The notes under the pieces are model-generated. The model did not search any database and had not been told where the DNA came from. It worked only from the letters and a program-made list of their open reading frames with translations. A program made the translations under genes and the position numbers. Source: Clostridia bacterium (lineage in GTDB: Bacteria > Bacillota > Clostridia > Christensenellales > CAG-138). From it: a stretch of DNA of 64,000 nucleotides. The DNA lies in the NCBI GenBank assembly GCA_036654235.1, contig JAVVSK010000007.1, positions 16,055 to 80,054 on the forward strand, in the 5' to 3' direction. Each line of letters begins with the position of its first letter. The stretch's first letter is position 1. Shown here one piece after another: positions 17,845 through 27,213 of this stretch.

Positions 17845-18378
17845 ATGAAACTGAGTTCAACAAAAAAATTGACCCTAGGCGCTATGGTTGTAACGCTTAC
17901 CGTTTTATCGCTCTACTTAACCGTTGCTATTCCGTATGTAAAGATGGCTTGTCTATTTATATCATCACTTTTTGTTTTTATACTTGCGGATGAGGGGGCT
18001 TATCTTTCTGCCGTTTTATCTTATTTAGCTGCCACTGCTATAGCGTTCTTTATTATTCCGGATAAGCTTATTTGGGCGGCTTACGCTATTCTTTGCGGTC
18101 ATTTTGGTATATTTAAAACGTTTTTAGGGACAAAGCTGAAAGACCCGGTTATTGGTTTTGCGCTCAGACTTTTATATTGCAATGTGTTTTTGGGTATAGG
18201 GATTGCGGTCGCTATATATATAATTGGATTTGACATTGGTACGCTAAATTTAACGATTCCCCTTTGGGCAATATTAATAGTACTTGAAATTGCTCTCGTT
18301 GCTTTCGATATTCTCTATTCGTTCATGCAAAAAATCTATATTTTCAGATTTAAAAATCTTTTAATTTCAAAGAGATGA
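17845..18378 (+). CDS. Small polytopic membrane protein, unknown function
   Basis: 177 aa with about 5 hydrophobic helices. GAGG RBS. It starts 12 nt after the J-protein gene. Confidence 0.55.
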   Translation: MKLSSTKKLTLGAMVVTLTVLSLYLTVAIPYVKMACLFISSLFVFILADEGAYLSAVLSYLAATAIAFFIIPDKLIWAAYAILCGHFGIFKTFLGTKLKDPVIGFALRLLYCNVFLGIGIAVAIYIIGFDIGTLNLTIPLWAILIVLEIALVAFDILYSFMQKIYIFRFKNLLISKR

Positions 18379-18434
18379 CACATATTTGATCCGACCTTCA
18401 TAAACTTTATAAAAGAAGTTTATGGAGGTTTTTT

Positions 18435-19430
18435 ATGAAACGCATTGTTTTATTTCTTCTATGCGCGGTATTTGTTATTACTGCGTTTTCGGGCTGCACC
18501 GGAACGGGCGAGCTTAGAAAAGTTAAACTCAATGAGGTAACCCGATCTGTTTTCTACGCACCGCTTTATGTTGCGGTGAGCAGAGGATTCTTTAAGGCGG
18601 AGGGCATTGAGCTTACTATAGAAACGGGCGGGGGAAGCGATAAGAGCATGACCGCGCTCTTAGCGAACGAAGCGGAGATCGCGCTAATGGGACCTGAAAC
18701 GGGAGTCTACGTTGTAAATGAGGGAAAAGAGGAACACCCGATAATAATAGGGCAACTTACGAAGCGCGACGGTTCGTTTTTAATGGGGCGCGAGGCGGAT
18801 AGCGCCTTTAACTGGGAAAAACTTCGCGGGAAAACAGTAATAGCGGGCAGACCTGGCGGAATGCCATATATGACGCTCATGTACGTTTTGAAGCAGCATG
18901 GTATTATCCCCGATGTTGACGTAGAAATAATAAGCAATATACAATTTAGCCTTATGGGCGGTGCTTTTGAAGGTGGTACCGGCGACTATGTAACACTCTT
19001 TGAGCCGACCGCGTCGATGTTCCAATCTGCCGGAAAGGGTCATATAGTTGCCAACGTGGGTCTTGAATCAGGGGAGGTTCCTTATACGACATTTATGGTT
19101 AGAAAGAGCACAATAGAAAACGATAAGGATCTCGTAAGTGCATTTATAAGGGCAATATATAAAGCGCAGCAATGGGTAAAGACCGCGAAAAATAACGATA
19201 TCGCGATTGCGATGCAACCGTTTTTTCCGGACACAGATATAGCCACTCTCGAATCGGTTGCTAAAAGCTATCGCGAAACCGACTCTTGGATGCAGACTCC
19301 GGTTATGACGGAAAGCGCGTTTGCAAGGCTTCAGGATATAATAGACGGGGCGGGCGAATTGAAAGCTCGCGTAAACTTTAAGGATCTTGTGGATAATAGC
19401 TTTGCTGAAGAGGCGGTTAAAAACGGTTGA
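18435..19430 (+). CDS. ABC-transporter substrate-binding lipoprotein (NMT1/THI5-like, nitrate/sulfonate/bicarbonate family)
   Basis: Signal peptide with lipobox AFSGC. The SVFYAPLYVAVSRGFFKAEGIEL motif is typical of the NMT1-like SBP family. GGAGG RBS. No permease or ATPase gene is adjacent. Confidence 0.7.
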   Translation: MKRIVLFLLCAVFVITAFSGCTGTGELRKVKLNEVTRSVFYAPLYVAVSRGFFKAEGIELTIETGGGSDKSMTALLANEAEIALMGPETGVYVVNEGKEEHPIIIGQLTKRDGSFLMGREADSAFNWEKLRGKTVIAGRPGGMPYMTLMYVLKQHGIIPDVDVEIISNIQFSLMGGAFEGGTGDYVTLFEPTASMFQSAGKGHIVANVGLESGEVPYTTFMVRKSTIENDKDLVSAFIRAIYKAQQWVKTAKNNDIAIAMQPFFPDTDIATLESVAKSYRETDSWMQTPVMTESAFARLQDIIDGAGELKARVNFKDLVDNSFAEEAVKNG

Positions 19431-19692
19431 GAATTTAAATTAAATGTAAACCCTAAAAAACTATGGCATTTTGGCGGTATGAGGAGAGACGCGCGAAGTT
19501 TCAACGTTTTTTTCTCATACCGCTCCTATGTTTGCTGTTTTAAATAACGAAAGCTGTATTCAATCCATTTTTTTATTTTAATTTTCAAAAAAGCATTGTG
19601 ATAGCCACATTTATAAAAAACATTCTAGTGTTTGACTACGGTTTTTATATATGTGTTTGATTCGGGGATATAATCGGTAATCAGTTATGTTT

Positions 19693-19741
19693 AGGATAAA
19701 AACAAATCAGACGCAGTGTATTTGTACGCCACGTCTGATTT
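19693..19741 (-). terminator. Rho-independent terminator of thl-crt-hbd operon
   Basis: A 10-bp stem AAATCAGACG / CGTCTGATTT (19704-13 / 19732-41) is followed on the minus strand by TGTTTTTAT, about 120 nt past the hbd stop. Confidence 0.65.
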
Positions 19742-19859
19742 AATTTAACGGATTTTTTTATAAAAAATCACATCTGTTTTGAGAAAAGCACCGTTAATTT
19801 AGAAGTTGTTGCTACGATACAATTAAACAATACAGATTTCATGGGTAAATGCGAGAGCA

Positions 19860-20699
19860 TTATTTTGAATAATCGTAAAAGCCTTGACCGGTCTTTTGTC
19901 CGAGCTTTCCGGCGCGCACCATCTTCCGAAGAAGAGTATGTGGACGATATTTAGGATCGCCTGTTTCGTTTTGTAAAACTTCCATAATAGCAAGACAAAT
20001 ATCAAGACCGATAAGATCGCCGAGAGCCAGAGGTCCCATTGGATGGTTAGCGCCAAGCTTCATAGCGGTGTCTATACCCTCAACGCTAGCTATGCCGTCC
20101 GCATATATACCTATAGCTTCGTTAATCATTGGGATTAAAACGCGATTGACAACGAAACCCGGTCCCTCGTTGACATTAACGGGAGTTTTTCCAATTTTAA
20201 AGGCAATCTCAACTATTTTATTTACAGATTCGGGAGCGGTATTTTCGCCGGCTATAACCTCAACGAGCTTCATAACGGCGGCAGGGTTAAAGAAATGCAT
20301 ACCAACAACGTCGCGGTCAATACCGGCACCTATCTCGGTGACAGAGAGGGAAGAAGTATTGGTAGCGAAAAGGCAGTCTTTTTTGCAAATTCCAGATAAT
20401 TGTTTAAATACTTCCTTTTTAAGGGTCATGTTCTCGATAGCAGCTTCGACGACAAGGTCGCAATCGGAAACAATTTCGTTCGTTCCGGTAGTTATTTTCG
20501 CTAAAATAGAATCAGCTGTTTCTTTATCCATTTTGCCCTTTGCAACTCGTTTTTCAAAGCCTTTTTGCAGCTTGGCTTTTCCGCCCGCCGCCCATTCGGC
20601 TTTTACATCGCAAAGGTAAACTTCGAAGCCTTCTGTTTGCGCAAAAGCCTGCGCAATACCCGAACCCATAGTGCCGGCACCTATAATACCAATTTTCAT
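19860..20699 (-). CDS. hbd: 3-hydroxybutyryl-CoA dehydrogenase
   Basis: [17 protein letters not shown] Rossmann N-terminus, with full-length similarity to clostridial Hbd (279 aa). GGAGG RBS. Confidence 0.93.
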   Translation of the reverse strand: MKIGIIGAGTMGSGIAQAFAQTEGFEVYLCDVKAEWAAGGKAKLQKGFEKRVAKGKMDKETADSILAKITTGTNEIVSDCDLVVEAAIENMTLKKEVFKQLSGICKKDCLFATNTSSLSVTEIGAGIDRDVVGMHFFNPAAVMKLVEVIAGENTAPESVNKIVEIAFKIGKTPVNVNEGPGFVVNRVLIPMINEAIGIYADGIASVEGIDTAMKLGANHPMGPLALGDLIGLDICLAIMEVLQNETGDPKYRPHTLLRKMVRAGKLGQKTGQGFYDYSK

Positions 20700-20759
20700 T
20701 GTGTTACCTCCATATAATATAAAAATGTTAAATCAAAAAATACACGATAGTAATGCGGC

Positions 20760-21536
20760 TTATTTATTTAAAAACGGAGCCGGTTTTTCTTTATCGCAAA
20801 ACGCCTGCATCGCATTTCTTTGGTCTTCGGTTTCGAAACAAGAACCGAATAGCGCTTCTTCAATCGCGATACCGGAGTCAATATCGGTCTGTAATCCTTC
20901 GTTTAATGCTTTTTTGCATGCACGAACCGCTATAGGCGCGTTTCTCGCAATTTTTCCGGCCATCTTTTTCGCCGCCTCCATGAGCTGATCCGAAGGATAT
21001 ACCCCGTTTACAAGTCCCAACGAAAGAGCTTCGTCGGCTTTAACTTTTCCGCAGGTATAGAGTAGTTCTCTGGCCTTTCCGCTACCGATAAGACGCGCTA
21101 AGCGCTGAGTTCCGCCGAAACCGGGAGTAATCCCAAGACCTGCTTCGGGCTGAGCGAAAACGGCATTTTCAGAGGCAAGGCGAATATCGCAGGATAGGGC
21201 AAGTTCACAGCCGCCGCCCAAAGCGAATCCATTTACCGCTGCGATTACCGGTATGCTCAGGGTTTCTATTTTACGGAAAACAGAGTTTCCGAGCTTACCT
21301 AAAGCGGTTCCTTCCACTTTCGTAAGCGGCTTCATCTCGCCGATATCCGCGCCGGCTACGAAAGCCTTTTCTCCCGCTCCAGTAATGATAAGGCAGCGGG
21401 TTTCGTTTGAATCAATTTTATCAATAGCTTCGCCTAGTTCGGAAAGAACTTGATTATTGAGAGCATTAAGGGCTTTTTCCCTATCAATAGTGATTATGGC
21501 AACAAAACCATCTTGTTGATAATTAATATAGCTCAT
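20760..21536 (-). CDS. crt: Short-chain enoyl-CoA hydratase (crotonase)
   Basis: Crotonase-fold motifs ITGAGEKAFVAGADI and AAVNGFALGGGCELAL. 258 aa, located between thl and hbd. Confidence 0.9.
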   Translation of the reverse strand: MSYINYQQDGFVAIITIDREKALNALNNQVLSELGEAIDKIDSNETRCLIITGAGEKAFVAGADIGEMKPLTKVEGTALGKLGNSVFRKIETLSIPVIAAVNGFALGGGCELALSCDIRLASENAVFAQPEAGLGITPGFGGTQRLARLIGSGKARELLYTCGKVKADEALSLGLVNGVYPSDQLMEAAKKMAGKIARNAPIAVRACKKALNEGLQTDIDSGIAIEEALFGSCFETEDQRNAMQAFCDKEKPAPFLNK

Positions 21537-21576
21537 TTTGTACTCCTTAAAGACGCGCGCTTTGCGTGGTCACGGT

Positions 21577-22761
21577 TTATTTTATATTTTTAACGATAGA
21601 GGCAACACCCATACCTCCGCCGACGCAAAGCGTTGCGAGGCCATAGTTAGAAGAACGTTTTTTCATTTCATATAGGAGAGTAACGAGGATTCGGCAACCG
21701 GAAGCGCCGACGGGATGTCCGAGGGCAATAGCTCCGCCATTTACGTTGACTATATCCATATTAAAGTTAAGCTCTTGTGCAACTGAAAGTGCCTGAGAGG
21801 CGAAAGCTTCGTTAGCTTCTATTAAATCCATATCATTGAGAGTTAAAGCGGCTTTTTTTAAAGCTTTTTTAGTTGCTTCGACGGGACCTATGCCCATTAT
21901 AGAGGGATCAACTCCGGCGGAAGCTCCGGATATCCATTCTGCCATTGGTACTATTCCGAGTTCCTTCGCCTTTTCAGCGCTCATTACGACTACGGCGGCG
22001 GCTCCGTCGTTGATACCGGAAGCGTTAGCGGCTGTAACACTGCCGCCCTCTTTAAACGCGGGACGTAGCTTCGCTATTCCTTCGGCGGTTATTCCGGGAC
22101 GCCATCCTTCGTCTTTATCAAACATAACGGTATCTTTTTTTACTTTTATAGGAACAGGGACTATTTCGTCCGCAAAACGGTTTTCAGCATAAGCCCGTTC
22201 GCATTTATTTTGGCTCTTCGCCGCGAACGCATCTTGGGCTTCGCGGGAAATATTATATTTTTCCGCTAAATTTTCGGCGGTAATTCCCATATGATAATGA
22301 TTAAAAACGTCGGTTAAAGCATCGTTTACCATAGTATCTATCATGGAGGCATCGTTCATACGATAGCCATAGCGTGCCTGAGTTAGCGCATAAGGGGCGG
22401 CGGACATGTTTTCCATTCCTCCGGCAACAATTATATCGGCTTCGCCGGCGGCAATAAGCGCGGCAGCCATGTTTACACATTTTAAACCCGAACCGCATAC
22501 GTTATTGACGGTGAGCGAAGGAACTGAGATTGGTATTCCGGCCTTAACGGAAGCTTGTCTGGCAACGTTTTGACCCTGAGCGGCCTGAAGAACGCAGCCC
22601 ATCAGAACCTCGTCAACATATTCCGGCGCTATATTAGCCCTTTTTAGGGCTTCCTTTATAACGATGGCTCCAATATCGGCAACCGGAACGTTAGTTAAAG
22701 AGCCGCCCATTTTGCCTATTGCAGTGCGAACAGCGCCGACTAAAACAATTTTCTTAGACAT
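21577..22761 (-). CDS. thlA: Acetyl-CoA acetyltransferase (thiolase)
   Basis: Thiolase motifs [10 protein letters not shown] (active Cys), [15 protein letters not shown] and CVGGGMG. I chose the start at [17 protein letters not shown] (22761, GGAGG RBS) rather than the ORF-track start at 22812. Confidence 0.93.
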   Translation of the reverse strand: MSKKIVLVGAVRTAIGKMGGSLTNVPVADIGAIVIKEALKRANIAPEYVDEVLMGCVLQAAQGQNVARQASVKAGIPISVPSLTVNNVCGSGLKCVNMAAALIAAGEADIIVAGGMENMSAAPYALTQARYGYRMNDASMIDTMVNDALTDVFNHYHMGITAENLAEKYNISREAQDAFAAKSQNKCERAYAENRFADEIVPVPIKVKKDTVMFDKDEGWRPGITAEGIAKLRPAFKEGGSVTAANASGINDGAAAVVVMSAEKAKELGIVPMAEWISGASAGVDPSIMGIGPVEATKKALKKAALTLNDMDLIEANEAFASQALSVAQELNFNMDIVNVNGGAIALGHPVGASGCRILVTLLYEMKKRSSNYGLATLCVGGGMGVASIVKNIK

Positions 22762-22827
22762 TATAGATTCCTCCATTAAATTAGATTGATCCGCATTTTT
22801 AAATACACGCACATCATCTCGTTAGTT

Positions 22828-22856
22828 ATTCTATCATAAGCTTCTTAAAGTCACAA
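22828..22856 (-). promoter_or_regulatory. Candidate sigma-A promoter of thl-crt-hbd
   Basis: Minus strand reads TTGTGA (22856-22851), 17-nt spacer, TGaTAGAAT (-10 at 22833-22828), about 65 nt upstream of the thl ATG. Confidence 0.45.
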
Positions 22857-22866
22857 GTGAATCCGG

Positions 22867-22899
22867 TATAAAGAATGTTCCCATGGAACATTCTTTATA
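22867..22899. promoter_or_regulatory. Perfect 15-bp inverted repeat abutting the thl promoter (candidate operator)
   Basis: TATAAAGAATGTTCC-cat-GGAACATTCTTTATA, 15/15 complementary with a 3-nt spacer. It ends 10 nt upstream of the putative -35. Confidence 0.4.
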
Positions 22900-23023
22900 A
22901 CTAATATACAATATAAATAGATAAACTTAAGGAAAAAACAAGGCAGAAGCCGCATTTATTTGATTTGTATAAAAAAATAAGCGCATTTTTATTTCTTTAT
23001 GCGATTTTAACAACTAAATTGAT

Positions 23024-24112
23024 TCATCTTTCGTAACATATATCTCCATCTACAATGGTAGCTATTACATTTGAGAATACCTCGAGAGGATTATCATCGA
23101 ATATTGCTATATCGGCATCCTTTCCGACCTCTATAGTAGCCGTTCGTGAAATTGATCCTAAAATTTTTGCGGGTGCTGTAGTAACCGATTTTAATGCTGC
23201 AAAAAGAGAGATACCTGATTTAGCGGCGAGTCCGGCGTAGAAAGGTAAATATGCTATTGGCGAGTTTGGCGAATTTGCGCTTATTGCAAACTCTACTCCG
23301 ATTTTTTCGAGCATCGAAAGTTTATCAAGACCTCCACTTGAAAAATCTCCGGTGTATACAACGGGTATGTGGTTTTCGGCTACCTCTTCGAAAGCCGGCT
23401 CTGCTCTGTCGCAGCCACATATAACTATATCAATATTTAAAAGTTTTTTCATGCGAACGGCTGTTTCAACGTCTTCGCGAAAACGTGCTTCAATTATTAG
23501 AGGAATTTTGCGGGTTAAAACCCCTTCCCATGATTCCATAGACTCGCTTCTCGTAAAAGGCAAATCGTTTTGTTTAGCCCTCTCTTTTGCGTTTAAATAT
23601 TCTTTTGCCGAAAAAAGCTCGTCCCTTAAAAGTGCCGTAAGAGCCATTCGCTTACTTTCGTTCATTTCACCTTCTTGTGCGCCGGAAAGCGTTGCCTTCA
23701 TTGCGGCTGAGTCGTTTAAAAACATATCGTCTGCATTGGTATTTGTTTTGCAGAGAGCGCACATTCCCGAAACGAGATTGTCGTACCGCGGCATGATGAG
23801 CGTTTGCGTTACTCCCGCTTTAAGGGCCTCCGAAAAGTCAGGTGCTAAAAATTTTATATCGTTTGACGCGCGTTGACTCGCCGTTACCGCATCGTTAGAA
23901 TGTGCGGATTTTATACCGAGGTGCGAATGCGCGTCTATAAGCCCGGGCATTATAAAAAAATTCGTAGCGTCTATTATCCGAGTACTTCGTTCGCCACCGG
24001 TATCTAAGTTACCGCCTATAGCTTTTATAACGCCATTTTCTATAAGTATATCCGCTCCGTCGTAGAGCTTACCCGTCATTGTCAGGACTTTCCCGTTTTT
24101 AATTAAAAACAT
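23024..24112 (-). CDS. Amidohydrolase-superfamily protein
   Basis: N-terminal beta-sandwich followed by the metal motif PGLIDAHSHLG. 362 aa. GAGG RBS. Confidence 0.75.
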   Translation of the reverse strand: MFLIKNGKVLTMTGKLYDGADILIENGVIKAIGGNLDTGGERSTRIIDATNFFIMPGLIDAHSHLGIKSAHSNDAVTASQRASNDIKFLAPDFSEALKAGVTQTLIMPRYDNLVSGMCALCKTNTNADDMFLNDSAAMKATLSGAQEGEMNESKRMALTALLRDELFSAKEYLNAKERAKQNDLPFTRSESMESWEGVLTRKIPLIIEARFREDVETAVRMKKLLNIDIVICGCDRAEPAFEEVAENHIPVVYTGDFSSGGLDKLSMLEKIGVEFAISANSPNSPIAYLPFYAGLAAKSGISLFAALKSVTTAPAKILGSISRTATIEVGKDADIAIFDDNPLEVFSNVIATIVDGDICYER

Positions 24113-24283
24113 ATTTTTTTACCTCGCACTTTTATGTATTTTGCCACAGGTGCGACAATTTTATCCTGAATTCGGAAGAATATTTTTTTATAGTTGTCGG
24201 TATCGCAAATGCCGGTAAAGATCATTTTTTAAATACAAAGATTATGAGTTAGTAAGTTTAAACGAAAAAGCGGAAAATTACTA

Positions 24284-24332
24284 TAAAAAAACTTAAAGGC
24301 TTGATATCCGTTTTCACAGATACCAAGCCTTT
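24284..24332 (-). terminator. Rho-independent terminator of the Cys-rich gene
   Basis: On the minus-strand RNA, the stem AAAGGCUUGGUAUC / GAUAUCAAGCCUUU (one G-U pair) is followed by AAGUUUUUUU, about 80 nt after the stop at 24414. Confidence 0.7.
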
Positions 24333-24413
24333 CGGGTTGCTCAACTAAAATATTTTTCCGGTTTTTTTTGGGGGTACTACATTAAGCATTAACTGTTTTT
24401 TATTTAGTTTACT

Positions 24414-24728
24414 TTAGTTGCAACCGCAACCGCAACCGCAGGAATTACCGCAAGTGTTGCCGCAGGAATTACCGCAAGTATTGCCGCAGGAATTTCCGCA
24501 AGAGCTTCCGCATTCATTCTGGCAACCGCATGAACCGAAGAGATTTCCTAATCCGCACCCGCTTCCGCAGCCGCTGAACATGATGAGAAGAATTATCCAC
24601 CACCAGTTATTGCCCCCACAGTTATCTTCGCATCCGCAGCCACAGTTGTTACCGCAGCTATTGCCGCAGCCGTTCTCAGAGAGCAGGATCAAGAGAATGA
24701 TCCACCAATTGTTGGAACCGTTACACAT
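24414..24728 (-). CDS. Cys/Gly/Asn-rich small protein with two NNWW(W)IILLI hydrophobic modules; possibly YjcZ-like
   Basis: 104 aa with 21 Cys. Two near-identical NNWWIILLILL / NNWWWIILLIM segments are each flanked by CG(N/S) repeats. The tail is CGNSCGNTCGNSCGNTCGNSCGCGCGCN. A strong AAGGAGGA RBS lies 7-8 nt upstream of the ATG, and the gene has its own terminator. Confidence 0.65.
   Translation of the reverse strand: MCNGSNNWWIILLILLSENGCGNSCGNNCGCGCEDNCGGNNWWWIILLIMFSGCGSGCGLGNLFGSCGCQNECGSSCGNSCGNTCGNSCGNTCGNSCGCGCGCN
24418..24508. repeat. Tandem repeats inside the Cys-rich gene: (GCAACC)x3, then three copies of a 24-bp unit
   Basis: GCAACCGCAACCGCAACC comes first. It is followed by CCGCAGGAATTACCGCAAGTGTTG (24437-60), CCGCAGGAATTACCGCAAGTATTG (24461-84) and CCGCAGGAATTTCCGCAAGAGCTT (24485-508). 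Confidence 0.9.
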
Positions 24729-24996
24729 AATATTATCCTCCTTATTTGCCTTTCAGAGCTGCTTTTTTTTGCGCTCCGTTAATGTATAATACGAAATCCG
24801 AGAAAAAAGTGTGCATATTTAGATAGTCATGACTGAAATTGCTAGAGCGATAAGAAATAATGTAACGATAGGGTTTAGATGCCATAAATGCGTTTTTTTA
24901 ACGCATTTATCTGGGAAGCCGATTAAAAAACAGATGTATCGTAAATAAGCCTATTTATTATCGAAGTGAAAATTTGCCGAATTTCAAGTTTTGTTT

Positions 24997-25632
24997 TCAA
25001 TGTATACCGGTTATCGAAAATACTACCCATTCGGCGATATTCGTCGCATGGTCGCCTATTCGTTCAAGATATTTAGCTATCATGAGTATATCGAGGGCGG
25101 CTTCACCGGAATTGCTGTTACTTTGAATGAATTTTATAAGGTCCGTCTTTATGTCAGAAAAAGCCTCATCAACAACATCGTCATATTCAATAACGGAATG
25201 CGCTAAATCAAGATCGCGTGCGACAAAAGCGTCAACACTATCTTTAACCATCTTTGTCGTAGCCTTAGTCATTTTAGAAATATGCGCATTATGCGATGTC
25301 GTTGAGAGATCTGTATATCCGACTATTTCGGCTATATCGGATGCTTGATCTCCAATACGCTCCATATCGGTTATCATTTTTAGCGCGGCTGATATTAGTC
25401 TAAGATCTCGGGCGACGGGCTGTTGACGAAGTAAGAGCTTTAGACAAAGAGCCTCAATATCGCGTTCCATCTGATCTATCTCACGTTCCGCGCTTATCGC
25501 GGTTCTTGCATATTCAGGATTGCCCATAAAAAGAGCTTCGATTGCGTTTTCAATAGCGCTTTCGCAGAGCGCGCCCATCTTAATAAGCTCGTTGTTCAAT
25601 ACTTCAAGTTGAGTATCAAATTTATTTCGCAT
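24997..25632 (-). CDS. phoU: Phosphate signalling complex protein PhoU
   Basis: Two PhoU repeats (DxxxD-type motifs, e.g. ERIGDQASDIAE and ERIGDHATNIAE). 211 aa, directly after pstB. Confidence 0.93.
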   Translation of the reverse strand: MRNKFDTQLEVLNNELIKMGALCESAIENAIEALFMGNPEYARTAISAEREIDQMERDIEALCLKLLLRQQPVARDLRLISAALKMITDMERIGDQASDIAEIVGYTDLSTTSHNAHISKMTKATTKMVKDSVDAFVARDLDLAHSVIEYDDVVDEAFSDIKTDLIKFIQSNSNSGEAALDILMIAKYLERIGDHATNIAEWVVFSITGIH

Positions 25633-25634
25633 TT

Positions 25635-26384
25635 TTATCCAAATCTCCCTGTAATATAGTCTTCTGTGCGTTTGTCGGCAGGAAAAGAGAATAGTCTTTC
25701 TGTTTTATCAAATTCTACAACTTCTCCTAAAAGGAAAAACGCGGTATTGTCCGATATGCGCGTTGCCTGCTGCATATTATGCGTCACTATTATGATAGTA
25801 TACTGTTTTTTAAGTTCAACGGCTAAATCCTCTATTTTCCCCGTAGATATCGGATCAAGAGCAGAAGTCGGTTCGTCCATTAAAAGCACTTCGGGATTAA
25901 CCGCGAGTGCGCGCGCAATACAAAGTCGCTGCTGCTGACCTCCGGAGAGCGAGAGCGCCGATTTTTTCAGACGGTCTTTAAGTTCGTTCCATATTGCCGC
26001 GTCGGTAAGAGACTTTTCGACTATTGCGTCCAGCTCCGCTTTCTTTTTAACGCCATGCGTTTTAGGTCCGAAAGCAACGTTATCGTAGATACTCATAGGA
26101 AATGGATTTGGTTTTTGAAAAACCATTCCGACGCGCTTTCTTAGGCTATTAACATCTATTTTATCATAAATATTTATTCCGTCGAGAAGAACTTTCCCCT
26201 CTATATGACAGTCCGAAACCAAATCGTTCATACGGTTCATCGTCTTTAAGAGCGTCGACTTCCCGCAACCGGAAGGACCGATAAAGGCGCTTATTTCGTT
26301 CTCCGGAATAGAAAGATTGACGTTTTTAAGCGCATGAAACTCAGCGTAAAATAAGTTTAGCTTTTCTATTATAAATTTATTCAT
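25635..26384 (-). CDS. pstB: Phosphate ABC transporter ATP-binding protein PstB
   Basis: Walker [10 protein letters not shown], signature LSGGQQQR and Walker [12 protein letters not shown]. 249 aa. Confidence 0.95.
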   Translation of the reverse strand: MNKFIIEKLNLFYAEFHALKNVNLSIPENEISAFIGPSGCGKSTLLKTMNRMNDLVSDCHIEGKVLLDGINIYDKIDVNSLRKRVGMVFQKPNPFPMSIYDNVAFGPKTHGVKKKAELDAIVEKSLTDAAIWNELKDRLKKSALSLSGGQQQRLCIARALAVNPEVLLMDEPTSALDPISTGKIEDLAVELKKQYTIIIVTHNMQQATRISDNTAFFLLGEVVEFDKTERLFSFPADKRTEDYITGRFG

Positions 26385-27213
26385 TTATTTTTCCTTTCGT
26401 AATCCCCTTTGCGATAAGAGCCGAAAGAGCGTTTAATCCGACGACGAGAACGAGGAGAACGACGGCGGTTGCATAGGCTTTATCTTGAGCGAGCCCTTCT
26501 TTCCAAAGGAGATACATATGAATCGAAAGCGTTCTTCCACTCGAAAAAAGATCTCCGGCAAAATTTTCGACAGTCCCCGCCGTATATATAAGAGCTGCTG
26601 TTTCGCCGACTATCCTTCCTACGGAGAGTATAACGCCCGCTAAAATCCCTTGAGTGGCCGAAGGTAAGATAACTCGAAATACCGTTCTGAGTTTACCGGC
26701 TCCAAGTCCAAAACTGCCTTCGCGGTACATATCCGGTATATCCTTTAACGCTTCTTCCGTCGTTCGCATAATTAAGGGAAGTATCATTATAGATATCGTG
26801 AACGCGCCCGCGAGTATTGAATACCCCCACCCTAAATATATGACAAACAATAGATAGCCGAAAAGCCCATAAACGATGGATGGTATCCCCGAGAGTGTTT
26901 CCGTTGCCGTCCTTATTATACTTACGAGTTTATTTCCGCGCTTAGCATATTCGACTAAGTATATCGCGGAAAAAACACCGAGAGGGACGGCTATGATTAG
27001 GGATAAAAATGTCATAAAAATGGTATTTAAAAGCGCTGGCATTAGAGAGGCGTTTTCACTCGTATAATTAAGACTAAACATATCGAGAGAAAGATTTGGG
27101 ATTCCTTTTACAAGTATATATATTATTATAAACGCGAGTATGAGAACCGTTATAGCCGCCGCGGAGTAAACTATAGTTCGCAAAAAGTGCGATTGAGCTT
27201 TAGTTTTTCTCAT
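26377..27213 (-). CDS. pstA: Phosphate ABC transporter permease PstA
   Basis: Six-TM permease with an EAA-like loop ([21 protein letters not shown]). It overlaps pstB and pstC. Confidence 0.9.
   Translation of the reverse strand: MRKTKAQSHFLRTIVYSAAAITVLILAFIIIYILVKGIPNLSLDMFSLNYTSENASLMPALLNTIFMTFLSLIIAVPLGVFSAIYLVEYAKRGNKLVSIIRTATETLSGIPSIVYGLFGYLLFVIYLGWGYSILAGAFTISIMILPLIMRTTEEALKDIPDMYREGSFGLGAGKLRTVFRVILPSATQGILAGVILSVGRIVGETAALIYTAGTVENFAGDLFSSGRTLSIHMYLLWKEGLAQDKAYATAVVLLVLVVGLNALSALIAKGITKGKINE

Noticed and set aside
19464-19544. A 26-codon ORF (MAFWRYEERRAKFQRFFLIPLLCLLF) downstream of the SBP gene.
   Set aside because: It has no RBS. It coincides with a long imperfect hairpin (GCGGTATGAG 19474-83 / CTCATACCGC 19514-23) that is more likely an RNA structure or weak terminator than a coding sequence.
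24418-24789. A 123-aa Pro/Gln-rich ORF (PQPQPQELPQVLPQELPQV...) on the plus strand.
   Set aside because: It is the reverse-complement shadow of the Cys/Gly/Asn-rich gene, since GCA/GCC/GTT codons read backwards give Pro/Gln/Leu. It starts at a TTG with no RBS. The minus-strand ORF has a strong AAGGAGGA RBS and a downstream terminator.
24872-24908. A hairpin ATAAATGCG-tttttttaa-CGCATTTAT between phoU and the Cys-rich gene, considered as the phoU terminator.
   Set aside because: The T-run is in the loop and not 3' of the stem on either strand, so it does not fit an intrinsic terminator. I left it uncalled.
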